A stretch of 64,000 nucleotides of DNA. Origin: Eledone cirrhosa. Lineage: Eukaryota. A program made the translations under genes and the position numbers. How positions within the stretch are numbered: the stretch's first letter is position 1; every line of letters begins with the position of its first letter. This document shows, one piece after another, positions 44,607 to 58,710 of this stretch. The notes beneath the pieces are model-generated. The model saw only the letters and a program-made list of their open reading frames with translations, was not told the origin of the DNA and did no database searches. The DNA is taken from assembly GCA_964016885.1 (NCBI GenBank), contig OZ024761.1:186001-250000 (forward strand), given 5' to 3'.

Positions 44607-44642
<36 letters not shown>

Positions 44643-44992
44643 AATAAATATGCATACATACAAACATATAAACAAAAACGTACATATTCACGCACAATAA
44701 TTATACCCTCACAACAGCACACATATATATATACATATATACATATATATACACACATACATGTATATACATACACACAAAAACAAAGATCTATATATAA
44801 AAAAGGGGGTTGTGTAAAGGGTAAGGTAGAATGTAGGGGGAAATAGGAAAAATAAATAACATAGGAAAAAAATATATATAAATATAAATATAAGAGGAGA
44901 TGAGGGAGAAAAAGAATATATGGGTACAGAATGTGAGTTCAGAGAGTAATAATAGTCGTAGTGGATATAAGGCGCAATGAGTAAAGAAGAGT

Positions 44993-45582
44993 TCAAGATG
45001 GTTGAGTCATCGTAGGAATGTCAATCCAGTTACAAAGTAGATGTGATTTCAGATGAGGACAACATCTGAAGATCTCGGTCTTGGAGATAAGGCAAGTGGA
45101 AGTGGCTTTCAAATTTAGGAGAATTCTAAATTTTTCCGTGGTGCACAAAGAGCAATTCTTTGTGCCCCTTTGGTATTCTCTAGAATGGTCCAAAATAGAC
45201 CAATCGATAGTGTACGGGATGTATTTGTTTTGAATTCCCACACTTTATTTGCGAGAGCCGTTGCTGTTCTTTTATCAGAGTGTTTAAAAGAAGCGACATG
45301 TGCATAAAACCTGGTTTTGAACCTGTCCTGAGTCATGCCAACATATCGTTCACGCTTGGCTGGCTGGTTGTTAATCAACAGTATCTATTTTGCCTCATAC
45401 ACAACGATTTAGTATTACATTTGCCCTGTAATGGGCATTCTTCCGGCTTTCTGCAACTGCATCCTGGATTTACTCTCGTACGATTAGAGTTGGTAATTTT
45501 AGACTTCATTGATGGACAGCAAGAGTAACTGATTTTGACTACATTTCTATTAAAAATCTTATAATATCTATGATTTGGGGGA
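44993..45582 (-). pseudogene. Frameshifted PLE linker + GIY-YIG fragment of a distinct subclade (pattern resembles Naiad/Nematis types; clade not verified)
   Basis: KIFNRNVVKISYSC..CSCRKPEECPLQGKC..YVGMTQDRFKTRFYAH..WSIL..CSLCTTEKFRI..CCPH. Confidence 0.8.
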
Positions 45583-45710
45583 TTTATTTATTTATTTATT
45601 TTTTTTTTTAAACTTGACTTTTATTTATTGAAATTCTTATATATGTATTTTGTTTTTGTATGGTGATGTGACTGCACATGGTCGTTTATTTATTTTTGTA
45701 TATTTATTTA

Positions 45711-45847
<137 letters not shown>

Positions 45848-46773
45848 GTATGTATATATATAAGTATGTGTATATATAAGTGTGTGTTAGTGTATTTATG
45901 TGTATGTATATTTATGTGTATATATACATATAAACATATATGTGTGTGTGTGTGTGTTTATATACTTATATATTTATTATATTTTTCTCTTCTTCCTTCA
46001 GCCTCTCTTTCATATTCCTTATATTTTTGTTTTCAAAATCCACATTCAAAAAAAACACCAGGATTTTTTCATTCCGATGACTGAAAGCAGATTTGTTTGC
46101 TTTCAAGAAACCACTGGTAAATGAAATAATTATCTTATGTTGTTTATTACATAACTATTAAGCTCTGTAACCTACATAGAGCACTCTTTTTTCTTTCCGA
46201 TGGAATTACTTCATTCACACACATATATATATAATGTGTGTGTGTGTGTATACACTTGTATGTATATGTGTATCCATGTATATATATATACATATGTGTG
46301 TGTGTATACATATGTACGTATGTACAAATATATGCGTGTCTATATACATACACAAGTGCACACACACGTGTTTATATATATATATGCATGTGCGTGTATA
46401 TATATCTATATATATAATATATATATATATATGTGTGTGTGTATATATGTGTATATATATATATGTGTGTGTGTGTATGTATATATATGTATATATATAT
46501 GCGTGTGTCTCTACCTCTTTATATTTCTACTCATCTACAAAACAGCCTGCAGACATCCTATCCAATCGAATGTAATCCCCTGCACTGATCTGTCAATCTT
46601 TACTGTATGACCATATTTGGTATCAGTGTGATCTTTGCCTTTACTCCAATATCTGACACATTTTACAAACAAACAAACAAACAGTCACCATTTTGAACCA
46701 TCAACATATTTCATATTTCAATAAAGATATTGTCCTTATATATATAGAGATAGAGAAAGAGAGAGAGAGAGCG

Positions 46774-47121
46774 AGAGAGGGTGTGTGTGTGGCTGTGAAA
46801 AGGCGGAAAAACAAACAAAAAGACACGTGACATCAATATTATTCCAATGTGGAATATCGAGTGATGCTCCCGGAAATATTAAATAAGGATTCTGGTAAAA
46901 AATGGTTTACAGAATGTACCCCAGAATATATCTGGCAATATAATAGAAATGATAGCGTGTGTACAGGAAGGGGGAGTATAAGGTGGTGGTGGTGGCGTGA
47001 ATCTACGTCTTATTGACCTTTGGGGGTCAACGGATCGTTGAAATTCCCAATATAAAAGATGTCTTTTTATTTCGCTAGGCAGGAATTTGGAAATACACAC
47101 TGAACGGACTCCCTCTCTCTT

Positions 47122-47163
<42 letters not shown>

Positions 47164-47530
47164 AGGCGTATATATACATACAAAGAGAGAGGGAGTCCGT
47201 TCAGTGTGTATTTCCAAATTCCTGCCTAGCGAAATAAAAAGACATCTTTTATATTGGGAATTTCAACGATCCGTTGACCCCCCAAAGGTCAATAAGACGT
47301 AGATTCACGCCACCACCACCTTATACTCCCCCTTCCTGTACACACGCTATCATTTCTATTATATTGCCAGATATATTCTGGGGTACATTCTGTAAACCAT
47401 TTTTTACCAGAATCCTTATTTAATATTTCCGGGAGCATCACTCGATATTCCACATTGGAATAATATTGATGTCACGTGTCTTTTTGTTTGTTTTTCGCCT
47501 TTTCACAGCCACACACACACCCTCTCTCTC
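46774..47530. repeat. About 750-bp inverted duplication with near-identical about 350-bp arms centred on (TA)n
   Basis: Identical peptides from opposite strands in the ORF track; only two small indels seen between arms. Confidence 0.95.
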
Positions 47531-47653
47531 TTTCTCTTTCTCTTTCTCTCTATCTCTCTCTCTCGTTTTTTTTTTACCTTTTTCTTCTTCTCTCCACAAT
47601 TCTCATGCCGCCGGTCCATCTCTCTCTCTCTCTCTCCTCTGTTTCTGTTTCTT

Positions 47654-47723
<70 letters not shown>

Positions 47724-47778
47724 CTGTTTCTGTTTCTCTCTCGCCTTCTATACTCCTTCTTTCTCTCTCCCTCGCCCC

Positions 47779-47881
<103 letters not shown>

Positions 47882-48489
47882 ATGTGTAATATTGACAGAC
47901 GTGAGAATGAGTATTCAGTACCGAAGTAGAATTTAAATATCCTTTATTATGGATATGTGGTGAGTCATGTTATTCTGAGTTTTGAATTGGAACTGTTCAT
48001 TGTGGAATAAGAGAAAGCAAGTGAATAGGAGCGCACTGAGTTCAAAATATTCGACTGAACTTCACCGGATCCATCACTGCATGCCGGGATGTTTCGGTGT
48101 GATCCTGGGCCTAGTGGAAACATGGTGTAACTGGGAAGAACGACCAGTTAGATTGGATAGGTATCATCATTTAACTAATTCACTGCCTGTCATCGGACAG
48201 ATCTTGGTCACTGATTCTCCTGGAAGAAGAATAACAACAACAACAACTAACTCACTGTGTGATAACTGGCGGGTGTTGGTCAGAGTTTACCTTGGACAAT
48301 AATAACAAAAACTGACTCACTGTGTTTTATCAATAACTGGATAGTTTCTTTCCGTGGTGGGATGGTGGACTATATAGGAAAATACACCTCATTTGGTCAT
48401 TCCATGAGAGTATGTGGGTCACCCTATGAGGACTTCAGCCAAAGCTCGTATTTAGATCTATTTGATCTGTAAAGAAAAAAAGAGAATAA

Positions 48490-48600
48490 AGTACCTTTGT
48501 GAAGGACACGACGCCACACGGCGCCAATGGATCTTCCAGCGCATCTCCCTTACCATCCTCCGGGGAAACGCCTTCTCCATTCTGTCCGCCGGGGCTGTGG
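48490..48600 (+). mobile_element. 3' remnant of a CRE-like (RLE) non-LTR element; degraded copy about 40420-40490
   Basis: WIFQRISLTILRGNAFSIL resembles the C-terminal FQRIS+A+QRGNA..+L motif. Confidence 0.55.
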
Positions 48601-50067
48601 GTCGGCCAGCACGTGGGACCCCATTTGTTCACTATACAGAGAGATGGGGCCAATGATAGTGTGAGTTCGGCTCTTCCGCACATTGAACCTGTCAAGAGAG
48701 CATTTCCATACTTGTAACTGGGTTATCTGGTCTCCTACTACTGCATATAATATCCATGCTACCAATCACGAGTTTAGGATCAGCAGATGACCTCCTCCAG
48801 AAAACCATTCCTCTAGACAATTTCGTGACACGAGTCCCAAAATAAAATTGTTCTCCATTGTCGGCCAACTGTCACGTGGTACCTCTCAACGTATCACACA
48901 CTGTCGTTGGGTTAGGATGGTCTTGCTTGGGGATCCAGCCAGATTAATTGGAGACGGTTGCTCTTCTGAGGATATGACCCCGCTGGAAGAAGTGTTTGAG
49001 GACTCTGCCCTCACGACCCCCCCCCCCTCCCCCAACACACACACACACACACCAGGAATAAGTGTGATGAGGAGGCAGAGAAGGCACAGTAACAACGAAG
49101 AGACAAAATAAAGTTGTTGTTCACCATCGTCGGCCATGCCAACTTCCTTTTGATGGATACGCCAACGCCCTCTGGCGGTTTGGCTATATGGTCATTGTTT
49201 CTATAGCGACTGTCACGTGATACCTCTCAGCGTATCACACACTGTCATTGGTTGCTATGGAAATATTGACAGGTGAAGTCGATAATATTGACCGAACCAC
49301 TGATATCTTACTCTATACCATCATACCACTCCCCTCCCCCATCACTCATGTCTCTCTCTTTCTCTCTTCCCCTCCTCTCCTCCCTTCCCCTCATCTCCCC
49401 CTCCCTCTCCCGCCCCGCTCTCCCCCCTCCCTTATCCCCTCCCAAACCCCCTCCCCATTACCCCTCCTTTCCCCTCCCCAATCCGTCACACTCTCTCTCT
49501 CTCACACTCTCTCTCACTCTCTCTCCCACACACTCTCTCACTCTCTCTCACTCTCTCACTCTCTCACTCCCACTCACTCTCTCACTCTTTCCCCCTCTCT
49601 CTCTCCATCTCCATCTCCCTCTCTATCTTCTAATATATATATTTCTCCTACATGTCTCCACCCACCACCACACCGCCCACACACAACATACTCTATATAA
49701 ACTCCACTTAAATTACAAAAACAATCAATAAACTCACCAAAAATAGCTCCTAAGTTACAGCACTACCACGCCCCCTTCCGGAAGATCAATGAACTACTTA
49801 CTCCACCAAAGTCTTCCATTGGCCACTGGTGTGTTAACAACATCCTGTATAACTCTTCAACCCCTCCCTCTCAAACACATACACCCACAACCACATATAT
49901 TTCGCGTCGTCAGCCGAATATTTGGGACAATCTTTCAACATCCGACCTTTAATCACAGAAGCATGGCTGTGTGGTTAAGGGTCCGATGGCTGTGTGCTTA
50001 AGGAGTCAGATTGCTAACCACGTTATTTCGGGGGGCTCACTCACACTCTCTGGTACTTAAGACTTAA

Positions 50068-50276
50068 CCCTTTAGCATTTACATTACTCTATATTTACTA
50101 TTGTAATTCCGCAGTAAAGGATTTATCTTACATAATTATATCACATAGTATCGAATCTATGAAATTTTGATATTATTTATTTTGAGAACAATACCTTAAC
50201 ATCAGTATGAGCAGCATTACAGCCGGTTTGAACAGAAAGATGAGAGAGAATTCTGGCCGGTTTAAATGCTAAAGGG
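50068..50276. mobile_element. 209-bp piggyBac-type MITE, unexpanded form
   Basis: TTAA|CCCTTTAGCATTT..AAATGCTAAAGGG|TTAA; paralogous empty site at about 50393-50490. Confidence 0.9.
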
Positions 50277-50491
50277 TTAATTAACGTTCGATAAGTCAGA
50301 AGAGGCATTCATTAACTATCATTCAACGAGCTGGTGCAGAGCTGTAGCAGAGCTGGAGCAAAGTTGAGGTAGAGCTGAGGCCAAGCTGGGGCCGATGGCT
50401 GTGTGGTTGAGGTGTCCGATTGGTAACCACATCATTTCAGGAGGTTCAGTCACACTCTGTGGAACTTAAGACTTAAGTAATGTTCAATATA

Positions 50492-50660
50492 TAATGGTTT
50501 CTTATATAGGTACAAGGCCAGCAATTTTGGGGGAAGGGGAAAGTCGATTAAATGGACCCCAGTGTGTGACTGGTACTTTATTTTATCAACCCCATGAGGA
50601 TGAAAGGCAAAGTTAACCTCTGCAGGATTTGAACTCAGATCATAAAGGGCCGTAACTCTA
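50492..50660 (-). mobile_element. SINE family A, truncated
   Basis: Reverse complement of body and tail. Other partial copies near 11610-11705, 37710-37910 and 39115-39265. Confidence 0.8.
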
Positions 50661-51065
50661 TTTCACGTTGCTCTTTCAATCAGGAGTTGCGACTGGTAGA
50701 TAGTATCAGCAATTAGAAAGACTAAACGGAATCGTCGTTGTTTCCTTGGTCCGATTTGATGAGTTCCTCCACCCCACTCTAAGTAAATCTGGATATACCC
50801 GGGGATAAACACCGAGCAAGATGGTTTGATAACATCGTTGAGCTTGGGGATTCAGGGGGATCAGTTGGAGACGGTTGCTTCTGACAAAGCCCGCTGGGAG
50901 GGGTGTTTGAGGACTCTGGACTCACGACCCTTTCGAGAATAAAGTGGGCGAAGATGTAGAGAAGTGTATATGAATAAATATGGGAGTGGTGTAATAAATA
51001 AAAACATAAATACAATTATGATAAGAAAGATTACTATAACAAATATATATATAAATATATATATA

Positions 51066-51163
<98 letters not shown>

Positions 51164-51373
51164 AATATAATATATATATAAATATAATATATATATAAAT
51201 ATAATATATATAATATATATAAATATATATAAAGGGTGTATATAAAAGAGTGTATAGAAACAGGTGTATAATCAATAGGTAATGGGTGTTTTCAATAATG
51301 GTGTTTAGATATTAATTATAAACTGCCTGCCTGTCTGTCTGTCTGTCTTTACTTCTATTCTTCGTTATCTCTA

Positions 51374-51416
<43 letters not shown>

Positions 51417-51462
51417 TATATATATATATATAGGTATATGTATGTATATATATAGGTATATG

Positions 51463-51518
<56 letters not shown>

Positions 51519-51720
51519 AAATCAACTTTTTAAAAGGAAGTTGCATTATCACAAGGTATGTCACTAATTATTTATAAAACAGCTTATGTATTGTATTTTG
51601 TCTGAGGAAGGCATAACATATTTTTAATATGATATCCCAGAAAAATATATATAACGAAATAAATATGGTTTTATAAATATAAATATAGTTTCCATTTGTT
51701 TAATATCGTATATATATATA

Positions 51721-51985
51721 TATTTATTAAAATAACAGATTAAAGTAACAGATTAAAATAACAGATTAAAGTTTAAGCAAAGAATCGCTGCTTTCACTCT
51801 TAACGGGATCTTCTGAAACTAACCTTAGTTTCAGAAGATCCCGTTAAGGGTGAAAGCACCGATTCTATGCTTAAACTTTAATCTGTTATTTTAATAAATA
51901 TTTGCTCTACGGTTCTTATATATTTGATATATATTTTCCTTATCGAGCCCTCTTTGGATTTTAGTCTTCAATTTTATTATTATTA

Positions 51986-51990
<5 letters not shown>
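51721..51990. mobile_element. TA-embedded palindrome with variant hammerhead-like motif in each arm (51770-51820 minus, 51827-51877 plus); related fragment 29200-29296
   Basis: AGTTT-CAGAAGA-TCCC GTTAA GGGT-GAAA-GCA..TGC-TT-AAACT; axis CTAA CC TTAG. Confidence 0.75.
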
Positions 51991-52021
<31 letters not shown>

Positions 52022-52289
52022 GAGAGGTATAGAGATTGTTTTAGCAAGAAGCTAACGGCATTCTATAACATATATGCGACTATAACGTCAAGATGGGAAA
52101 AGTAGTTAACGAAAGATTTAGGAAAAATAACTCAAACTCATCTCAAAAGAGAATCAGGATATAAATTCATCCACAGAATTTAGTAAAATCCAGGGAAAAA
52201 TCTATAGACCTTTAACTCATGATAAAATAAAGTTTGAAACACTTATCCTTCAATTTGGAATAACATCAAATGCTCTGTATAGTCTTAAA

Positions 52290-52329
<40 letters not shown>

Positions 52330-52330
<1 letters not shown>

Positions 52331-52700
52331 TAGTCTTAGTGTTAGTTCCTCCAGTCCCTTGTGGAATATTGGGCGACCAGCTTCCTCCACTTGATCCTGT
52401 CACTTGCAGCCCTTCTAGCACCTCTCCAGGTAATTCCCATCTCCCGCAGGTCCTCCCTGAATGTGCTCCGCCATGTTTTTTGTGGTCTTCCCCATTCTCT
52501 CCTGCGACCTTCTGGTACCCAATCCATGGCAATATGAGTAGGTCGATCTGCCGGCAAGCAAAGGGTGTGGCCCGCGAACCGCCGTCTCCTTTTCCGGACA
52601 ATGTCCCTTAACCTTTCCAATCCTGACCTCCTCATCACTTCCTCGTTGCTAACTTCATCTCTCCATGAAATTTTCAATATGGTCCGATGCAACGATGGTG
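52330..52700 (-). pseudogene. 3' end of an RTE-clade LINE with ACTAAG repeat tail
   Basis: ILKISWRDEVSNEEV..RRRRFAGH..GRPQKTW..DRIKWRKLV. Confidence 0.88.
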
Positions 52701-52773
52701 GAATACATCTTCCGTACTCTTCCATGTCTCACAGGTATATATCATTGTTTATATTATATATATATATATATAA

Positions 52774-52808
<35 letters not shown>

Positions 52809-53435
52809 AAGAAAAAGAGATGAAATCGAAAATGCAACTGAAGTCTTATTTTTTTTAAAAATATATATATTTATTTGGTTCCTTTACCGGTTTCGCAGTT
52901 CTTCTGCTTTTCAAAAGGTGAGTTGAGATGGAGGATCTGTGGTTTTTCTCACATCTGGTTGGTCTCTAAATGTTACTTGTTTTATATGGAAAAAGTGGCT
53001 CGAAAGCCAGGTTTTTCGAGAAGTAATTTGATTGGTTTGTCAATAATTATAATAAATTTCGTGCCAGTTCGCGTTACGATAGTTCTTCAAATAAGAGAGG
53101 GGGGGGGGGGGGTTGTCATAGGTTGTTTTTTCATATATGAGTGTTTGAATTTCTTTTTACTTGAAAAAAGGAGGCTCACGAAGGCTTTTTGGGGGTTGGT
53201 TATAAATGAAATTTGGCTGTCACGTGAACAAGTTTTCATTACATTTTTGCGCCCTTATTTGGAAAACTATTCTGTAGTCTTTATAGTGAATGTTATGACA
53301 ATGGAGAGATAGTGGTCAAGGGAAAAGGGATTGGGAGAAATGTTCTGGTTCAGTGAATATGGCCAGCTGTCAGAGTTCAGGTGTCAGAGTTCAGATTTTC
53401 TATTGAGACTGAAGATATGTGTTTATTTGTGTGCT

Positions 53436-53466
<31 letters not shown>

Positions 53467-53498
53467 ATGTGTGTATTGGAAGATGATTATATTAGTAG

Positions 53499-54089
53499 AC
53501 ACACAACCCAAGAAATGCGGAAGCTTACAACACTATTCACAATAACATCCCACTACTAAAACAAAACCCAAGAATGAAAAAAGCCCTTGAAACACACAAA
53601 ATAATCAAAAGCAAAAGACAACCAAAATCACTGAAAACATTACTCACCAATGCCAAATTACCTACCACAAACTCACAACCAAGTATCAAAAAATGTGGTC
53701 GCTCTAATTGTGGAACCTGCACTCACCTCATTGAAGGCAACACGTATACATTTAAATCAGGACAAAATTTTACTGTAAAAAATCACTTCACTTGCTCATC
53801 AAAAAATCTAATTTATGCCATTAAATGTAAAGGATGCAATGAAGATTATATAGGACAAACTAAACTCACACTCAGAAACAGAATGACAGTTCATCGCCAA
53901 CAATTACGAGATCCAACCACGAGACAGATACCACTAAGTGCACATCTAGACATTTGCGTAAGTAATAAGACACCCAAATTCCAAGTCTTCCCATTTTACC
54001 TTTGCGCTAACAATACAACAGAACAAATGCGAATAAATAAGGAAAATATGTTTATTCAAAAATATAGACCAACATTAAATAAGGTTTAA
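53499..54089 (+). pseudogene. PLE linker Zn-finger + GIY-YIG endonuclease (open frame, RT missing)
   Basis: KRQPKSLKTLL, CGRSNCGTC, FTCSSKNLIYAIKCKGCNEDYIGQT..R..H, KENMFIQKYRPTLN. Confidence 0.9.
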
Positions 54090-54885
54090 TATACATTATG
54101 TCAACACCACAATATGACATACACACACACACATAACACCTTCTACTTTAGAAAATAAAAACCCGAACTAAATAAACCTTAACATACGTTTGCACTGGCA
54201 ATACAACAGCAAACACGAAAAAGTCAGGAAAATATGTTCATTCAAAAATATTCCTACTAAAGGAATCACTTTCCTACACACACACATACACACACACACA
54301 ATATATATATATATATATATTCTCTTCATCTTAACATGCTAACCATACTCCCACACACATAACACCCATACACACACATAACATCCCCCACACCTACAAC
54401 TCCCTCCCCATTTCTACTAATAGAACCACTTTCCTACACACACATATATATATACACACACACAAAATATATATTTTCTCCATCTTAACATACTCGCACA
54501 CACACACATAACACCCATATAAACACACACACAACTCCCTCCCCCATCTCTACTAATAGAATCATCTTCCTACTAAAGGAATCACTTTCCTACACACACA
54601 CATACACACAATATATATATATATATATTCTCTTCATCTTAACATGCTAACCATACTCCCACACACATAACACCCATACACACACATAACAACCCCCACA
54701 CCTACAACTCCCTCCCCATTTCTACTAATAGAACCACTTTCCTACACACATATATATACACACACACAAAATATATATTCTCTCCATCTTAACATACTCG
54801 CACACACACACATAACACCCATATACACACACACACAACTCCCTCCCCCATCTCTACTAATAGAATCATCTTCCAATACACACAT

Positions 54886-54916
<31 letters not shown>

Positions 54917-55432
54917 AGCACACAAATAAACACATATCTTCAGTCTCAATAGAAAATCTGAACTCTGACACCTGAACTCTGACAGCTGGCCATATTCACT
55001 GAACCAGAACATTTCTCCCAATCCCTTTTCCCTTGACCACTATCTCTCCATTGTCATAACATTCACTATAAAGACTACAGAATAGTTTTCCAAATAAGGG
55101 CGCAAAAATGTAATGAAAACTTGTTCACGTGACAGCCAAATTTCATTTATAACCAACCCCCAAAAAGCCTTCGTGAGCCTCCTTTTTTCAAGTAAAAAGA
55201 AATTCAAACACTCAAATATGAAAAAAACAACCTGTGACAACCCCCCCCCCCCTCTCTTATTTGAAGAACTATTGTAACGCGAACTGGCGCGAAATTTATT
55301 ATAATTATTGACAAACCAATCAAATTACTTCTCGAAAAACCTGGCTTTCGAGCCACTTTTTCCATATAAAACAAGTAACATTTAGAGACCAACCAGATGT
55401 GAGAAAAACCACAGACCCTCCATCTCAACTCA

Positions 55433-55470
55433 CCTTTTGAAAAGCAGAAGAACTGCGAAACCGGTAAAGG
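55433..55470 (+). ncRNA. Hammerhead variant with U3-A8 core; mirror copy 52881-52918 minus
   Basis: CCTT-TTGAAAA-GCAG AAGAA CTGC-GAAA-CCGG-TA-AAGG; helices I and II perfect, palindromic helix III. Confidence 0.75.
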
Positions 55471-55601
55471 AACCAAATAAATATATATATTTTAAAAAAA
55501 AATAAGACTTCAGTTGCGTTTTCGATTTCATCTCTTTTTCTTTATACTTCCACTCGTGTAGGACACCTCGGTTATTTTTCATTTTGTAAAAAAAAACTCA
55601 C

Positions 55602-55681
<80 letters not shown>

Positions 55682-55716
55682 ATATAAAATCAAAAGATGG
55701 TTAAAAGAGTTCCATG

Positions 55717-55787
55717 TATTTTATTATGCGCATTTCAAAAACAAATATCATCATGGAATGATATTTGCGTTCTCATCAGATAAAATA
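55717..55787 (-). ncRNA. Type I hammerhead ribozyme, family H1
   Basis: Reverse-complement homolog of 9496-9566 with intact core. Confidence 0.85.
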
Positions 55788-56075
55788 GGGAGACATGATA
55801 TGAAGCTTAAAAAACACTTGCGAGCAGTGAAGTGTTAAATCAACATATGAAAAATAAAATTAGAGGGATATATGAGATTGGAAAAAAGGAAAAGAAGGGG
55901 GAAAGAAAAGGTGAGGAAGAAGAAAAAATATAGATAGAAGAAAAAATATAATAATAAGGAAAGGATGACGGAGGAGGAGTATAAGAAGGAAGGATGAGAG
56001 AGGAGGAGAAACTGAGTGAGAGAGAGAGAGAGAGGGGGAGAGAGAGAGATAACCTTTAATACTGATGTATATACA

Positions 56076-56113
<38 letters not shown>

Positions 56114-56289
56114 CCTATATATACATACATATACCTATATATATATACATACATACATATACCTATATATACACATACATATAACTATATATATACATAC
56201 ATACATATACCTATATATATATACATACATACATATACCTATATATATATATATAAATACATACATATAACTATATACATATGCATACA

Positions 56290-56321
<32 letters not shown>

Positions 56322-56631
56322 CTTATTTATATATTCATATATACATACATATACATATATATATACATATATACACACATATACCCACTCTCACACACGC
56401 ATTCTCTCTCTCAGCCTCTCTTTCTCTCTCTCTCACCCCCTCTCTCCCTCTCTTCAATAAACCTAACAATGAGAGCTTCAACTAATGTTTTTTGCTCTTT
56501 CTCCAATTCCTCCATTTTGTTTGTAAATTGGGGAGAATTTCAAGCAAATAAATTCCTTTTAATTAGATTTCTACCAACATACACACACACACACACATAT
56601 ATATACATACACAAACGCACACACACAACAC

Positions 56632-56708
<77 letters not shown>

Positions 56709-56816
56709 TATATACGAACTCACACACACACACATACACACACATACATACACACACACATACACACACATACACACACACACACATATATACACATACA
56801 TACAACACGCGCACAT

Positions 56817-56853
<37 letters not shown>

Positions 56854-56913
56854 AACGGACACACACACACACAACACAGGCACATACACATATATATATA
56901 CAGATATATACAA

Positions 56914-56951
<38 letters not shown>

Positions 56952-58379
56952 GGTGGCTGCCAACTCGTTTTCGAGTACGGTCACTACTTTATATCCATGT
57001 AGTAGAACCCCTACCGATGCGCTGAACGAGGGTGACTTTTTAGTCCAGCCAGCGACTTGGAAACTCTGGTACAAACACTACACTTGTGACAATTATTGAC
57101 ACATAGTGCTGGGCCCATGGTACCATGTGACGACAAGTGCAGAGAGATCTCCAGATATAAAGCAATGCCTGTGCCGTGAAGCTTTTATAGTGAGCAAAGG
57201 CACTGCACAAAGCCAGTCCCACTCTCTTAACCAAGATGATATTTACCAAAAAGAAGAACAGTCAACATCATTGAATACCATCAGGGTTGCAGGTGTTATA
57301 TCAGAGTTTTCCTTCTCCTAGAATTCTGCCTTGTCAGAGGCTAAGGGGTCATCTCTCCCAGTGATTTTGGATGGCCATTGACTCTTAAGAGCTCCTTTGC
57401 TCTTTGACAGGTTTTGTTTTTAGTACTGCAGGATGTCCAAAGTCACCCTCTTCACCAAGAAACCTTGGTGGGGTTGCCAGTTTAGTCGACCATGAGACAG
57501 GTTGTACTGGGATTCATGTTACCAGTAGCACCAAGCTGGTATGGAATTTTTTTCTCTCTCTCTTTCGTCTGCGACTTCACAAAACTTATGTTTACCGAAT
57601 TCGTAGACCAGACCCCTTCTTCTTCTTCTTCTTCTTCTTCTTCTCCCCCCCCCCCCCGTTAGACTTGTGCGAAATTCCTTCCTTTCTCACATTTCAACCA
57701 GGTTTGATGGTCTTTTGTCTCTTGTTCACGATTTCACCGAGTTTATATTCATAGAGATCTGGGACTTGTCTATTTCTTCTCACTTTCCGTTGCTTAAACC
57801 ATTTTGTTTGTTACCCTAACGTCCCCTTTATTTACGTGTCCCAACGACTTTTTTTAGCCGTTGTTCGCACCAACCTGAGGCATATGGCCCTTAAAGCGAT
57901 GAAATGCCTGGGACGGTTGGAGGGTCACTGATGAAGGACTCACTTTTTCATATGCACCACCATTTGCAACGGGCAGCCATCATTATTATCATATATATAT
58001 ATATACATACAACACGCGCACATACACACATATATATATATATATACAAACTCACACACACACACAACAGGCAGATACATATATTTATATATACAAACTC
58101 ATACACATACACACACATATATATACATATACAAACTCGTACACACACACAACACAGGCACATACATATATATATATATATACACAGATATATACAAACT
58201 CATACACACACACATACATATACATACACACATACACACACATACACACACACACAGACACTCACATGTATGTATATAATTTTCTAGCTCCGACTATTTG
58301 CCAATTTCCCGCCATTGTTGCTGTGTGTCGTCTGCTTTCATTGAAAGAAGCTAACCATATCTATAGACACTCCCTTCTG

Positions 58380-58673
58380 CCAGTCTCTCTATCTCTCTCT
58401 GTCCATCTCTCTCTATCTCTCTCTCTATCTCTATCTATCTATCTCTCAACCTCTCTCTCTCTCTACCTATCTATCTACCTGTCTATCTCTCTATCTCTCT
58501 ATCTCTCTATCTCTCTGTCTCTATCTCTCTATCTCTCTGTCTCTATCTCTCTATCTCTCTCTCTCTATATATATATATATCTCTGTCTCTATCTCTCTAT
58601 CTCTCTATCTCTATCTCTCTATCTCTCTGTCTCTATCTCTCTATCTCTATCTCTCTGTCTCTCTATCTCTCTA

Positions 58674-58710
<37 letters not shown>

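Larger units (their letters stand above)
52805..55610 (+). mobile_element. 5'-truncated PLE (Neptune-like) with about 690-bp inverted pLTR copy at its 5' end, inserted in (TA)n
   Basis: 52805-53498 is the near-identical reverse complement of 54852-55546; about 310-bp tandem duplication in the 3' region; variant HHR in both arms. Confidence 0.88.

Noticed and set aside
51597-51660. CTGAGGA..GAAA hammerhead-like motif
   Set aside because: Helices II and III too imperfect to call by eye.
52875-53312. 145-aa ORF mirrored at 55040-55476
   Set aside because: Antisense reading of a PLE terminal repeat; frameshifted in the other arm.
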